Assembly: GCA_002269645.1 (NCBI GenBank)
Contig: NIVC01000296.1
Location: 496,001 to 560,000, forward strand
Direction: 5' to 3'
Source: Macrostomum lignano
Lineage: Eukaryota
DNA length: 64,000 bases
Position numbers and translations under genes: made by a program. Position 1 is the first letter of the stretch, and every line of letters begins with the position of its first letter. Below are positions 11,986 through 24,181 of this stretch, one piece after another. The notes below the pieces were generated by a model. It searched no databases. It saw only the letters and a program-made list of their open reading frames with translations, and was not told the origin of the DNA.

Positions 11986-12299
11986 GTAAGGAAGGCCGTT
12001 TTATTTATGCTCTGACTCAGGCCACCCGCTGTTATCCGATACAGCGAATCCCAGTGTTCGGAATTTGTTAAGGGTCGTGGTTTCGTAGAAAGGATAACAA
12101 AGTGGCTTTGGAAAGTGGATTATTTTTTAGAGTCAGGGGCCTGTGTGCACCCTGGTGCACTTTAAGCGACATTGTCACACAACCGGCGAGAGGCATTACT
12201 GCCCATTCCGTCGACTCCCCTGAGCAGGCACACAAGCGCGCAGATACGTACGCAGTCATACGCGCAGGCACACACTCACACAGGAGTGTACAGCGGCCC

Positions 12300-12490
12300 T
12301 AACTTTATTTATCGTTAGGCATGTACACTTCACTGTGCCTTGGGGGGTTGGCCCTTAAGCTGGGCGTTAATTGCACGAGCAGAGCCAAGCCGAGATTCCA
12401 ATTTAGCCCCAACTTAATGTGACTGCACTGGGAATCGAGCCTGGGCCGCTGGTACATCAGAGCGCCGCGCTGGACCCTTACGATTTGTTT
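12300..12490 (-). mobile_element. Possible short tRNA-derived SINE
   Basis: Minus strand has a B-box-like GGCTCGATTCCC near the 5' end and GATAAATAAAG near the 3' end; no TSD seen. Confidence 0.3.
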
Positions 12491-13026
12491 AACTTTGAAT
12501 GGAATTTGCAGCTTAAATGTCCGAGGGTACCTGGAAAATGAGCTTCATCAGGGGATATTCAAAGCTAGGGAGAGAGAGAAAAGAGATAAACGGAGCGGCA
12601 ACCCAGGCCAAGTATTCCGTCTGCTACTTTCCTTAACAATTGCTGCGGGCCACCCGCTCAAGCAGAAGAAACTATATAGAAAAGCTGAATATATGGCGGA
12701 GCAACCGGCTAAGGGTTAATGGCTAAAAGACGTATCGATTTACCGAGCTTAGAATGCTGGAATGGAGGATGCGGCGTCTTCAATGGGATTTGAGCAGCTC
12801 GAGTAACCTGAGGCACGCAGTAGATGGTTGCCCAGTGTGTGCTCTGCTATACTCGCGACTGACCGGATGTGGCCTCAGAGCAAAGCTGACAAAACTGTTT
12901 GCACTGGCTGGCTTATCTGGTGTGCTGCAAATATGCTGACAGTACGAGACTGACAAAACTGACTGTGATGATCTTGAATGGCGCTGAGCCTACCATTCGG
13001 AATGGTCTTCATCGTTTAGGTCAACT

Positions 13027-13690
13027 TCATCCCCTCCCTTCAGCCTTCCTTCAGCCCCTCCCTTCAACCCCTCTCTTCAGCCCCTCCCCTTAACTCCTCC
13101 CTTCAGCCCTCCGTTCAACCCCTCCTTTCAGCCCTCCCTTCAGCCCTCCCTTCAACCCTTCCTTTCAGCCCTCCCTTCAACCCCTCCTTTCAGCCCTCCC
13201 TTCAACCCCTCCTTTCAGCCCTCCCTTCAGCCCTCCCTTCAACCCCTCCTTTCAGCCCTCCCTTCAACCCCTCTCTTCAGCCCCTCCCCTTAACTCCTCC
13301 CTTCAGCCCTCCCTTCAACCCCTCCTTCAGCCCCTCCCTTCAACCCCTCCCTTCAGCCCTCCCTTCAACTCCTCCCTTCAGCCCTCCCTTCAACCCCTCC
13401 CTTCAGCCCTCCCTTCAACCCCTCTCTTCAGCCCCTCCCCTTAACTCCTCCCTTCAGCCCTCCCTTCAACCCCTCCCTTCAACCCTCCCTTCAGCCCTCC
13501 CTTCAACCCCTCCCTTCAACCCTCCCTTCAACCCCTCCCTTCAACCCTCCCTTCAGCCCTCCCTTCAGCCCTCCCTTCAACCCCTCCCTTCAGCCCTCCC
13601 TTCAACCCCTCCCTTCAACCCTCCCTTCAACCCTCCCTTCAGCCCTCCCTTCAGCCCTCCCTTCAACCCCTCCCTTCAGCTCTCCCTTCT
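13027..13690. repeat. C/T-rich minisatellite (CAGCCCTCCCTTCAACCCCTCCCTT-like)
   Basis: Directly visible, intronic. Confidence 0.92.
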
Positions 13691-13888
13691 CTTTCTCTTA
13701 TTCCTTTGTACAGTCGAAGCGCTCTTCATTTGCGCTCCCGCAACAATTTCCATTCAGCAGTTGCCCATAGCCGAATGAAATTATTGGCACTCTGCTCCCA
13801 TTGGCTACAGCATCCAAGCCTCATCCTTGATAACACGCACTGTCCTCCTAGTTTAGAAACTTAGAATTAGAAGTGCTGCGGCTCATAG

Positions 13889-14143
13889 GAAAATCTACGC
13901 CTTGAGATGCGGCGGCAGCAGCAGCAGCTCCAGAGCCAACCCGACTTCGCCCGCTGCCCCCGCAGGAACTCGGATTCCGAGCACCAGGCAGTCCGGACCG
14001 AAGGCGCCATCGACGAGGAGCACCGGTTGATTGCGGCGTACACCGGCGAGCTGAGATCTCGCCTGCCGGAGGCTGCGGCCGCCTCATCAGCGACTGTTGA
14101 GACTCTAGAGCGCGAGCTGGAGATTGAGAGCGTGAAGCTGCAG
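13889..14143 (+). CDS. Dystrophin-family exon: syntrophin-binding segment and start of coiled coil
   Basis: IDEEHRLIAAYTGEL resembles dystrophin DDEHLLIQHYCQSL; ctcatag acceptor, CAG|gtgagg donor. Confidence 0.82.
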
Positions 14144-14157
14144 GTGAGGCAGGCGGT

Positions 14158-14828
14158 GCATTTCAGGTTCTGCTGGTGTACTTCAGGTGGATTTCAGGTT
14201 CTGTTGGTGTACTTCAGGTGGATTTCAGGTTCTGTTGGTGTACTTCAGGTGGATTTCAGGTTCTGTTGGTGTACTTCAGGTGGATTTCAGGTTCTGTTGG
14301 TGTACTTCAGGTGGATTACAGGTTCTGCTGGTGTACTTCAGGTGGATTTCAGGTTTTGCTGGTGTACTTCAGGTGGATTCAGGTTCTGCTGGTGTACTTC
14401 AGTTAGATTTCAGGTTCTTCTGGTGTACTTCAGGTGGATTACAGGTTCGGTTGGTGTACTTCAGTTAGATTTCAGGTTCTGTTGGTGTATTTCAGGTGGA
14501 TTGCAGGTTCTGATGGTGTACTTCAGGTGGATTACAGGTTCTGTTGGTGTACTTCAGTTAGATTTCAGGTTTTGCTGGTGTACTTCAGGTGGATTTCAGG
14601 TTCTCTTGGTGTACTTCAGGTGGATTTCAGGTTCTGATGGTGTACTTTAGGTGGATTACAGGTTATGCTGGTGTACTTCAGGTGGATTACAGGTTCTGCT
14701 GGTGTACTTCAGGTGGATTTCAGGTTTTGCTGGTGTACTTCAGGTGGATTCAGGTTCTGCTGGTGTACTTCAGTTAGATTTCAGGTTCTTCTGGTGTACT
14801 TCAGGTGGTTCTGAGAATGTATTTCAGG
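14158..14828. repeat. Minisatellite, ~31 bp unit TTCAGGTGGATTTCAGGTTCTGTTGGTGTAC
   Basis: Directly visible; starts ~15 bp after the donor at 14144. Confidence 0.94.
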
Positions 14829-16121
14829 TTAAAATCAAGATTCTAAGACTGTACACTTGAGGTGAACTTCAGTGTGACAAAACTTTATAAAGAAGTCAGG
14901 AGCTTCTGCGGGTGGTACTTCAAGCCATGTTTTCCGTGAGAGTGCAATTAGCGCAACTCGAATCATTTTTACAAATTACAAATCATTGACTTCAGGGGAC
15001 TCAAAATGCACTTTATCTGTATGCTGCTAACTTGAGCTCGGCGCTGCGGCTGGCCCTTTCTGTGTAAAGGAAAGTATTCTTTTGTAAAATGCAGATTCCA
15101 GTTTTGGTACCCACTTGGTAAACCATGGATTCTAATCCCTCAAATGACTAGATCCCGTCTCCCAGCCTGTGGGCTCATTGTGGAAGTCGGCGCTGGTGTG
15201 TAAAAATCTCTTTCATAAAATCTTTCATAACCCCCCCCCCCTCCAGCTACCGCAGCCTCCGGAGCTGGGAAGTTGCAGAATTTGTGCGGAGAACTTTTGG
15301 GATTTGTGATTAGGGAGTTTTGCAGTGGAATGGAAACTGGTAGAGTGATGAAGATCTCCGACGGCTGCCGGAGCCGAAACGAAAGTGATGGAGGGGGAGG
15401 CTGGGCTGCTGGCCTCTCTGGCACGATCCGGTGATGAAGAATGGCGCGGAGGCTGAGCCGAGTAGGAAGCGGCAGGAATGTATAGAATAATGGGAGCAGG
15501 GGGAGAAAAGTACATCGCTACCGCTCTCTCAAGGCCTCAGACCCGGAACTGGCTCTGCGTGACCAAAACTATGAAAGATTGACAAATATAAAAACAATGC
15601 ATGGGGCTATATAATGCTTTTGTGTAGCTAACTGTAAATTGTGCATACATGGACTACTACGAGCGTAGTGCTCGCCTTAGTGAGGTTGCAAGCTTTCAGA
15701 GAAATTTCAGCTATTATTTATCTCTGACAGATTTCTTTTATTGTCTAAGCATCTTTTTACTTTTAGTGTATTGAGGCAGTGGAAGTCTGTATGCATGTAA
15801 TACGCTATGCTATATTGTACTGTGTCAGCTGCCTTTGTTTTCTGCCCTGGTTAAATTTGGGCCAATTGGTTTCTGCAGTACCGCTACACCTCCTCTGCTC
15901 ACCTCTCGGAATTCTAAGTGGCACTCGGTGAGTACGGCTGAGAATTGGCCTTCTACAGAGGAATTTCTCACCCTCTCAGAGAGAGCTTAGGAATTGCTTC
16001 TCAGCATCTTTTTCTTGACAATTTTCAGACATGGGAAAATTTGTGGAAATTGTGGAAAATTCTGAAGACCATTCAGTTCTGTTTGCCGATGTTTTTAAGG
16101 TGAAAGAATTTGATGTGATTG

Positions 16122-16690
16122 AGGGTGTTTAGTTGGGGCAATTGACGGTGTTTAGTTGGGGCAATTGACGGTGTTTAGTTGGGGCAATTGACGGTGTTTA
16201 GTTGGGGCAATTGACGGTGTTTAGTTGGGGCAATTGACGGTGTTTAGTTGGGGCAATTGACGGTGTTTAGTTGGGGCAATTGACGGTGTTTAGTTGGGGC
16301 AATTGACGGTGTTTAGTTGGGGCAATTGACGGTGTTTAGTTGAGGCAATTGACGGTGTTTAGTTGGGGCAATCGAGGGTGTTTAGTTGGGGCAATCGAGG
16401 GTGTATAGTTGGGGCAATTGGGGGTGTTTGGTTAGGGAAATTAAGGGTGTTTATTTGGGGCAATTAAGGGTGTTTAGTTGGGGTGATTGAGTGTGTTTGG
16501 TTAGGGAAATCGAGGGTGTTTAATTGGGGCAATTGGGGGAGTTTAGTTGGGGCAATCGAGGGTGTTTAGTTGGGGCAATTGGGGGAGTTTAGTTGGGGAA
16601 ATTAAGGGTGTTTAGTTGGGGCGATTGAGAATGTTTAGTTGGGGTAATTGAGGGTGTTTAGTTGGGGCGATTGAGGGTGTTTAAGTGAGG
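16122..16690. repeat. G-rich minisatellite, 23 bp unit TTGACGGTGTTTAGTTGGGGCAA
   Basis: Directly visible; homogeneous on the left, degenerate on the right. Confidence 0.93.
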
Positions 16691-17721
16691 CAATAGGGGG
16701 AATTTAGGCAGTTTTGTGTGCGATTTAATCAGCATTTTAGGGACGATCCAATCTATTTTCAGTGTTCGATACGACTGCAGATCTAAAAGAGCAGTTCTGT
16801 TAGCCATTTGGCATTTAGGATTATTTTTCAAGGCACAATGGTTCCCCTAATAGGGAAAAGTATAGGAATGTATTTAGGGATTTTGTATTTGTACTTTGTA
16901 CAAAACTTAGCTAGCTGATATACAATCTATAGGAAGTATACGCACATGAGGTCAAGTGCAGTGCAGCGCATATTCTCAGATGGCACCGTTGTGCTGGGAT
17001 TATACTGGGAGGGAGAAAATTAGTCAAGAGAGGAGAAAGTTATTACGCGAATCTAGGGGGTTAGCCAGGCATATCCCATGCATGTAGCTGCTCCCCATCC
17101 TGATTTATTGCCCACTGGCTGGGTTGGGGGGGGGGGGTGTTTGCTGCTGCAGACTTTTCTCACACAATTAGACAGGCATCACGACCAAGCTAGAGTAGGG
17201 CGCTGTACTCGAGCAACCTCAAGCAAAAACCATAGTTGTGGCCATCAGTGATACTGTACTCGTACCGTAAACATTTGGCCCTAAGCTACACGGACTACCA
17301 TAGACTATTTTTGTTTTCTATAAATGAACTTCACTGTTATTAACAGGCACAGACATTGGCCCACCGGTACAATAATTACCATAGACAAAACCATAAGTAT
17401 CATGGGATATTATGTGGTAAACTTGTATGTCTGTATTTCAGATGAGCAATCCAGTGTATTCCTTCATCCATGCCATGATAAAAAATGTTTCAAGGTCCGG
17501 TCTTACGTTCTAACTTAACTTTTACAACTGTAGGAAGCACAGTGCCTATGCAATAGTGCAATAGAGGAAAAGTTGATAAATAATTAAATAAGGCTCCGAC
17601 TTCTTTGAACGAAATGTAGTCTCAGCTGTATGCAGTGCTGAGGCCAGCTCAAAATAGTGAAGATTTGGGATAAAAGTTTTGTAGAGAGGTAATATGCCAT
17701 CTTAGTAGAGGTGAGATTAAA

Positions 17722-18485
17722 TTTCAGTAGACAGGTGAGATGAGATCTCAGTAGACAGGTGAGATAAAATCTCAGTAGACGGATAAGATGATATTCTCAG
17801 TAGACAGGTGGGATGAGATCTGAGTAGACAGGTGAGATGAGATCTCAGTAGACAGGTGAGATGAGTTCTCAGTAGACAGGTGAGATGAGTTCTCAGTAGA
17901 TACTTCAGTAGGTGAGATAAAATCTCAGTAGACAGGTGAGATGAGATTTCAGTGGACAGGTGAGATGAGATCTCAGTAGATACTTCAGTAGGTGAGATAA
18001 AATCTCAGTAGACAGGTGAGATGAGATTTCAGTGGACAGGTGAGATGAGTTCTCAGTAGATACTTCAGTAGTTGAGATAAAATCTCAGTAGACAGGTGAG
18101 ATGAGATTTCAGTGGACAGGTGAGATGAGTTCTCAGTAGATACTTCAGTAGTTGAGATAAAATCTCAGTAGACAGGTGAGATGAGATTTCAGTGGACAGG
18201 TGAGATGAGTTCTCAGTAGATACTTCAGTAGTTGAGATAAAATCTCAGTAGACAGGTGAGATGAGATCTCAGTAGACAGGTAAGATGAGATCTAAGTAGA
18301 CAGGAGAGATGAGATCTAAGTAGACAGGTGAGATGAGATCTCAGTAGACAGGTGAGATGAGATCTCAGTAGACAGGTAAGATGAGATCTCAGTAGACAGG
18401 TGAGATGAGATCTTAGTAGACAGGTGAGATGAGATCTCAGTAGACAGGTAAGATGAGATCTCAGTAGACAGGTGAGATGAGATCT
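17722..18485. repeat. Minisatellite, 24 bp unit CAGTAGACAGGTGAGATGAGATCT, with higher-order variants
   Basis: Directly visible, intronic. Confidence 0.94.
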
Positions 18486-18592
18486 TTTAAGTAAAGTTTC
18501 AATAAATTTGACAGGAGATTTTGAATAAGAATCCCAATAAGACAGTTGATCTAAAGGAGAATTCGTATTCAGTCCTCAGCGAAGGCTTACAG

Positions 18593-18997
18593 GAAATCCC
18601 CTCCGTCCTGCACCCCAAGGCTGAGTTCGACCGACTCATGTCCGGCTGCCACGGTGGCGGCGTCGCCTCGAACGGCTGGGCAGGCGGCACGGAGGCGGCG
18701 GCAGCGGCGGCGGCCGAGGCCAGACTGCTGCGAGCTCAGCGAGGCCGCCTTGAGCAGCGAATGGCGGTGCTGGAGGAGCAAAACCGGCGCCTGGAGACTC
18801 AGCTGGTCCGCCTGCGGCGCCTCCTCACTCCGCCGTCGTCGGCGACAGCTACGCCGCGTCGGCCGGAGAGTCGGGGCATTGTCGGCGGCGTCGGCGGCCG
18901 ATCGTCCGTTAGCTGCCTGCTGGCCATGGCGGCCCGGCTGAGCACCGCCATGGGGCAGCTGGTTGACGTCGTAAACTCGGGCGACGCCAGTCCCTGA
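18593..18997 (+). CDS. Dystrophin-family last coding exon: coiled-coil helix 2 and C-terminal helix
   Basis: AEARLLRAQRGRLEQRMAVLEEQNRRLETQLVRLRRLL matches dystrophin [38 protein letters not shown]; ends ...AMGQLVDVVNSGDASP*; cttacag acceptor, phase 0 (exact acceptor inferred). Confidence 0.85.
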   Translation, partial: EIPSVLHPKAEFDRLMSGCHGGGVASNGWAGGTEAAAAAAAEARLLRAQRGRLEQRMAVLEEQNRRLETQLVRLRRLLTPPSSATATPRRPESRGIVGGVGGRSSVSCLLAMAARLSTAMGQLVDVVNSGDASP

Positions 18998-19233
18998 CTG
19001 CCTGAGGGTGAGGGTCTTGAGGTCCCTGACTGCCTGAGGGTGAGGGTCTTGAGGTCACTGACTGCCTGAGGGTTCTGAGGTCCCTGACTGCCTGAGGGTT
19101 CTGAGGCCCCTGACTGCCTGAGGGTTCTGAGGTCCCTGACTGCCTGAGGGTTCTGAGGCCCCTGACTGCCTGAGGGTTCTGAGGTCCCTGACTGCCTGAG
19201 GGTCCTGAGGTCCCTGACTGCCTGAGGGTTCTG
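18992..19233. repeat. Minisatellite, ~26 bp unit CCCTGACTGCCTGAGGGTTCTGAGGT
   Basis: Directly visible; first unit overlaps the stop codon. Confidence 0.92.
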
Positions 19234-19679
19234 AGAAAGACGTTGCTGCCAAGGTGCCCACAACTCTGCTGTAAATATTGATATATAATATTGCTACATG
19301 GAAATTGAACTAGCAATACGTCGATCTTTCGAAAACAGTTTTTTCATAGTCACTTTTAGTTTACCAACCAAACAATGCGATATGCTCGTAGCTGAGCATA
19401 GTGAATTCGACATTTACGGTAAATGTAAGCTTCCATTCCAGATGCTATTTTTAGAACTCCATGACTTCGAATTTAGAGCGAGCGATCGTAGAGACATACG
19501 AATCCTTTGCGAAACAGGCCTTTTGCGCAAAGTTGCGAGCCAAGGGAGAGATTTCCTGATAATTAGTTTTTTTCTGCGCGTAAGGTGATTCTTGTTAATT
19601 TTACGAGCTCTGCTATTATAGTTACTTCATTGTTGCGCAGCAAAAGTTGTAAAGGGAATTATCGATTTTTGTAGTTTTA

Positions 19680-20411
19680 CCAGGATGCATGGGGAATCCC
19701 TGTTCACCTGGGAATTCTACCAGGATGCATGGGGAATTCCACCAGGATGCATGGGGAATTCCACCAGGATGCATGGGGAATCCCTGTTCACCTAGGAATT
19801 CTACCAGGATGCATTGGGAATCCCTGTTCACCTAGGAATTCTATCAGGATGCATGGGGAATCCCTGTTCACCTAGGAATTCTACCAGGATACATGGGGAA
19901 TCCCTGTTCACCGGGGAATTCTACCAGGATGCATGGGGAATCCCTGTTCACCGGGGAATTCTACCAGGATGCATGGGGAATTCCACCAGGATGCATGGGG
20001 AATCCCTGTTCACCTGGGAATTCTACCAGGATGCATGGGGAATCCCTGTTCACCTAGGAATTCTATCAGGATGCATGGGGAATCCCTGTTCACCTAGGAA
20101 TTCTACCAGGATGCATGGGGAATCCCTGTTCACCGGGGAATTCTACCAGGATGCATGGGGAATCCCTGTTCACCTGGGAATTCTACCAGGATGCATGGGG
20201 AATTCCACAAGGATGCATGGGGAATTCCACAAGGATGCATGGGGAATCCCTGTTCACCTGGGAATTCTACCAGGATGCATGGGGAATCCCTGTTCACCTA
20301 GGAATTCTATCAGGATGCATGGGGAATCCCTGTTCACCTAGGAATCTACCAGGATGCATGGGGAATCCCTGTTGATCTGGGAATTTTACCAGGATGCATG
20401 GGGAATCCCTG
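19680..20411. repeat. Minisatellite, 40 bp unit CAGGATGCATGGGGAATCCCTGTTCACCTGGGAATTCTAC with a 22 bp deletion variant
   Basis: Directly visible, intergenic. Confidence 0.94.
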
Positions 20412-21364
20412 TCCACCGTACCAAAGAATACCGGAGACTGTAACCCACTTTTGCGATGGTATTAATTCATAATTTAACAAACCAAATCTAAATGACTCTG
20501 AATAGCACCTAGAAATTTTTAGATGCCTATTTACTACAGAGATATTTAGAGGTCCGAAAGAGGACTGGATTAAAAATACAAGAAGCTGGATTTCTGACAT
20601 CCATCAAGACTTGCTATATTTTGCTTTTAAAAGCTGCAGCCTTCACGTTTCTCTTCATCATTAATTTGCTTTTGTTTCTAAGCCTTGGAAGCTTATAGGG
20701 AAGCCTTCGTAGCAACAGAAGAGGTTGCATTTGACAGCGTTGACAGCCAAGAAGCAACCCCCTCCCCAGCTGCCTGTCTTCATCAGGGCATGAGGAGGTG
20801 GACAGATTTTATCCCCATCACATTTAGGCACTGGAGATGAAAGCAGACAAGGAAAATAGCGGAGGCATTCCATTTTTGTACTCGAGCAGGACTCAATCCG
20901 TAAAAAAATTAAGTCTTAGCACAAACGGGCTGACAGACTCTCTGTATAAGCGGTGTATTTATAGTCTTGCTTATTTATTAAGTCACAATAATAAGCTTTG
21001 CCTGTTAATTAACCAATTTATATATAGGTCTTTCATGGAATCTGGATATTTTTCAAGCTGATATTAAAACTCGCACTAGGCCACTACTGACCTACTACTG
21101 TTATAAGTAGCAATGTGAGCTAGTGCTGCAACTTCTTTGTCAATACGCATTGAAGGAAACACGATGGAATTAGTAAAAATGCAGATGCACAAAGACGAGA
21201 CAAAGAAACAGACGGTTCACCGACAATTAACCTGGCATTGACTGACACTGGGACTGGCGTGACAGACTGAGTAAATCTTCTTTCCTGCTTGGAACCAACA
21301 GAACTTGTTTTTAAAAAGTGCGCGACATCTTTAAGTGTATTATCTAGTTGCTGCTTGACCTTCT

Positions 21365-21893
21365 AATGGCACTTCCATGCTAGGAAATGGCACTTCCATA
21401 CTAGGAAATGGCACTTCCATAATAGGAAATGGCACTTCCAGAATAGAAAATGGCACTTCCATGCTAGGAAATGGCACTTCCATACTAGGAAATGGCACTT
21501 CCATAATAGGAAATGGCGCTTCCATAATAGGAAATGGCACTTCCAGAATAGGAAATGGCACTTCCAGAATAGAAAATGGCACTTCCATGCTAGGAAATGG
21601 CACTTCCATAATAGGAAATGGCGCTTCCATAATAGGAAATGGCACTTCCAGAATAGAAAATGGCACTTCCATGCTAGGAAATGGCACTTCCAGAATAGGA
21701 AATGGCACTTCCATAATAGGAAATGGCACTTCCAAAATAGGAAATGGCACTTCCATAATAGGAAATGGCACTTCCATACTAGGAAATGGCACTTCAATAC
21801 TAGGAAATGGCACTTCCAACCATAATAGGAAATGGCACTTCCAACCATAATAGGAAATGGCACTTCCATAATAGGAAATGGAACAACCATAAT
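21365..21893. repeat. Minisatellite, 21 bp unit AGGAAATGGCACTTCCATAAT
   Basis: Directly visible; just beyond the TIMM44 stop codon. Confidence 0.94.
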
Positions 21894-22125
21894 AGGAAAT
21901 GACACTCCATAATAGCAAATGAGAATTCCACATGGAAATGAGAATTCCACATAGCATCTAAGATAGCATCTTTACATAGAAATCGACAGTCGCACTGCCA
22001 CACCCGCAAGGAGACCCTATATATCTAGACTGGGAAATGCTCGGCAGAGAAGCACCGCCACTACTCTACACTACATATGTTGAAAAGAAACATGCACGCA
22101 AAGTTAATTTTATGAAACTCCCGAT

Positions 22126-22329
22126 TCAAATCCATTGCTCGCTAGGCAGGCAGTGAATCTCCATTACTCGCCACGCCGCCCGAGGGTTGAGCTCGGCCTG
22201 GTCGCGGCACAAGGCCCACACGTGGGTGACGCGAAGGATTTTGTCAGGATCGCCTTCCACAACTTTGCCAGCAGAGTCGCGTACGCACTCGATGTGCTGC
22301 GCGGTGAAGCTGATCACCAGCACCGGGCC
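22126..22329 (-). CDS. TIMM44: Mitochondrial import inner membrane translocase Tim44, last exon
   Basis: GPVLVISFTAQ...GKVVEGDPDKILRVTHVWALCRDQAELNPRAAWRVMEI...EQWI* matches the Tim44 C-terminus; ccgcag acceptor. Confidence 0.93.
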   Translation of the reverse strand, partial: GPVLVISFTAQHIECVRDSAGKVVEGDPDKILRVTHVWALCRDQAELNPRAAWRVMEIHCLPSEQWI

Positions 22330-22344
22330 CTGCGGATTTGGCGT

Positions 22345-24065
22345 AGGGAGAGGGTAGGGAGATTGGAGTGTAGGGAGGTTGGAGTGTAGGGAGGTTGGAG
22401 TGTAGGGAGATTGGAGTGTAGGGAGATTGGAGTGTAGAGAGATTGGAGTGTAGGGTGGTTGGAGTGTAGGGAGATTGGAGTGTAGGGAGATTGGAGTGTA
22501 GGGAGGTTGGAGTGTAGGGAGGTTGGAGTGTAGGGAGGTTGGAGTGTAGGGAGGTTGGAGTGTAGGGAGGTTGGAGTGTAGGGAGGTTGGAGTGTAGGGA
22601 GATTGGAGTGTAGGGAGGTTGGAGTGTAGGGAGGTTGGAGTGTAGGGAGATTGGAGTGTAGGGAGATTGGAGTGTAGGGACGTTGGAGTGTAGGGAGGTT
22701 GGAGTGTAGGGAGATTGGAGTGTAGGGAGGTTGGAGTGTAGGGAGGTTGGAGTGTAGGGAGGTTGGAGTGTAGGGAGGTTGGAGTGTAGGGAGATTGGAG
22801 TGTAGGGAGATTGGAGTGTAGGGAGGTTGGAGTGTAGGGAGATTGGAGTGTAGGGAGGTTGGAGTGTAGGGAGATTGGAGTGTAGGGAGATTGGAGTGTA
22901 GGGAGGGAGATTGGAGTGTAGGGAGGGAGATTAGAGTGTAGGGAGGGAGATTGGAGTGTAGGGAGGGAGATTGGAGTGTAGGGAGATTAGTGTAGAGAGA
23001 TTGGAGTGTAGGGAGATTAGTGTAGAGAGATTGGAGTGTAGGGAGATTAGTGTAGAGAGATTGGAGTGTAGGGAGATTAGTGTAGGGAGATTGGAGTGTA
23101 GGGAGATTGGAGTGTAGGGAGATTAGTGTAGAGAGATTGGAGTGTAGGGAGATTGGTGTAGAGAGATTGGAGTGTAGGGAGGTTGGAGTGTAGGGAGATT
23201 GGAGTGTAGGGAGATTGGAGTGTAGGGAGATTGGAGTGTAGGGACGTTGGAGTGTAGGGAGGTTGGAGTGTAGGGAGGTTGGAGTGTAGGGAGGTTGGAG
23301 TGTAGGGAGGTTGGAGTGTAGGGAGATTGGAGTGTAGGGAGATTGGAGTGTAGGGAGGTTGGAGTGTAGGGAGGTTGGAGTGTAGGGAGATTGGAGTGTA
23401 GGGAGATTGGAGTGTAGGGACGTTGGAGTGTAGGGAGGTTGGAGTGTAGGGAGATTGGAGTGTAGGGAGGTTGGAGTGTAGGGAGATTAGTGTAGGGAGA
23501 TTAGTGTAGGGAGATTGGAGTGTAGGGAGGTTGGAGTGTAGGGAGATTTTGAGTGTAGGGAGATTAGTGTAGAGAGATTGGAGTGTAGGGAGATTAGTGT
23601 AGAGAGATTGGAGTGTAGGGAGATTGGAGTGTAGGGAGATTGGAGTGTAGGGAGGTTGGAGTGTAGGGAGATTAGTTTAGAGAGATTGGAGTGTAGAGAG
23701 ATTGGAGTGTAGGGAGATTGGAGTGTAGGGAGATTGGAGTGTAGGGAGATTAGTGTAGAGAGATTGGAGTGTAGGGAGATTGGAGTGTAGGGAGATTGGA
23801 GTGTAGGGAGATTGGAGTGTAGGGAGATTGGAGTGTAGGGAGATTGGAGTGTAGGGAGATTAGTGTAGGGAGATTAGTGTAGGGAGATTGGAGTGTAGGG
23901 AGGTTGGAGTGTAGGGAGATTTTGAGTGTAGGGGAGATTGGAGTGTAGGGAGATTGGAGTGTAGGGAGATTGGAGTGTAGGGAGATTAGTGTAGGGAGAT
24001 TAGTGTAGGGAGATTGGAGTGTAGGGAGGTTGGAGTGTAGGGAGATTGGAGTTTAGGGAGGAAGA
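22345..24065. repeat. Minisatellite, 16 bp unit GGGAG(A/G)TTGGAGTGTA
   Basis: Directly visible; fills most of TIMM44 intron 22330-24181. Confidence 0.96.
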
Positions 24066-24181
24066 TCGGAGTGTAGGAGATCGATAATGCAGTGAGGTCA
24101 TCATTCAGTGAGTTTGTATTTATGTCAATACACCACACAGCGCCCAAAGCTGTGATATACACTGTTAATACGCTAACCAAC

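Noticed and set aside
13714-13888. Extension of the 13889 exon from the strong acceptor at 13713
   Set aside because: Phase fits the 11985 donor, but in-frame stops at 13862, 13868 and 13886 require another small intron I cannot define; left unresolved.
15140-15515. Pro/Ser-rich minus-strand ORFs inside the large intron
   Set aside because: Low complexity, no recognisable domain or consistent splice pattern.
21340-21957. NGTSIIG / MEVPFPI repeat ORFs
   Set aside because: The 21-bp unit is a multiple of 3 and stop-free in several frames; no splice or unique coding context.
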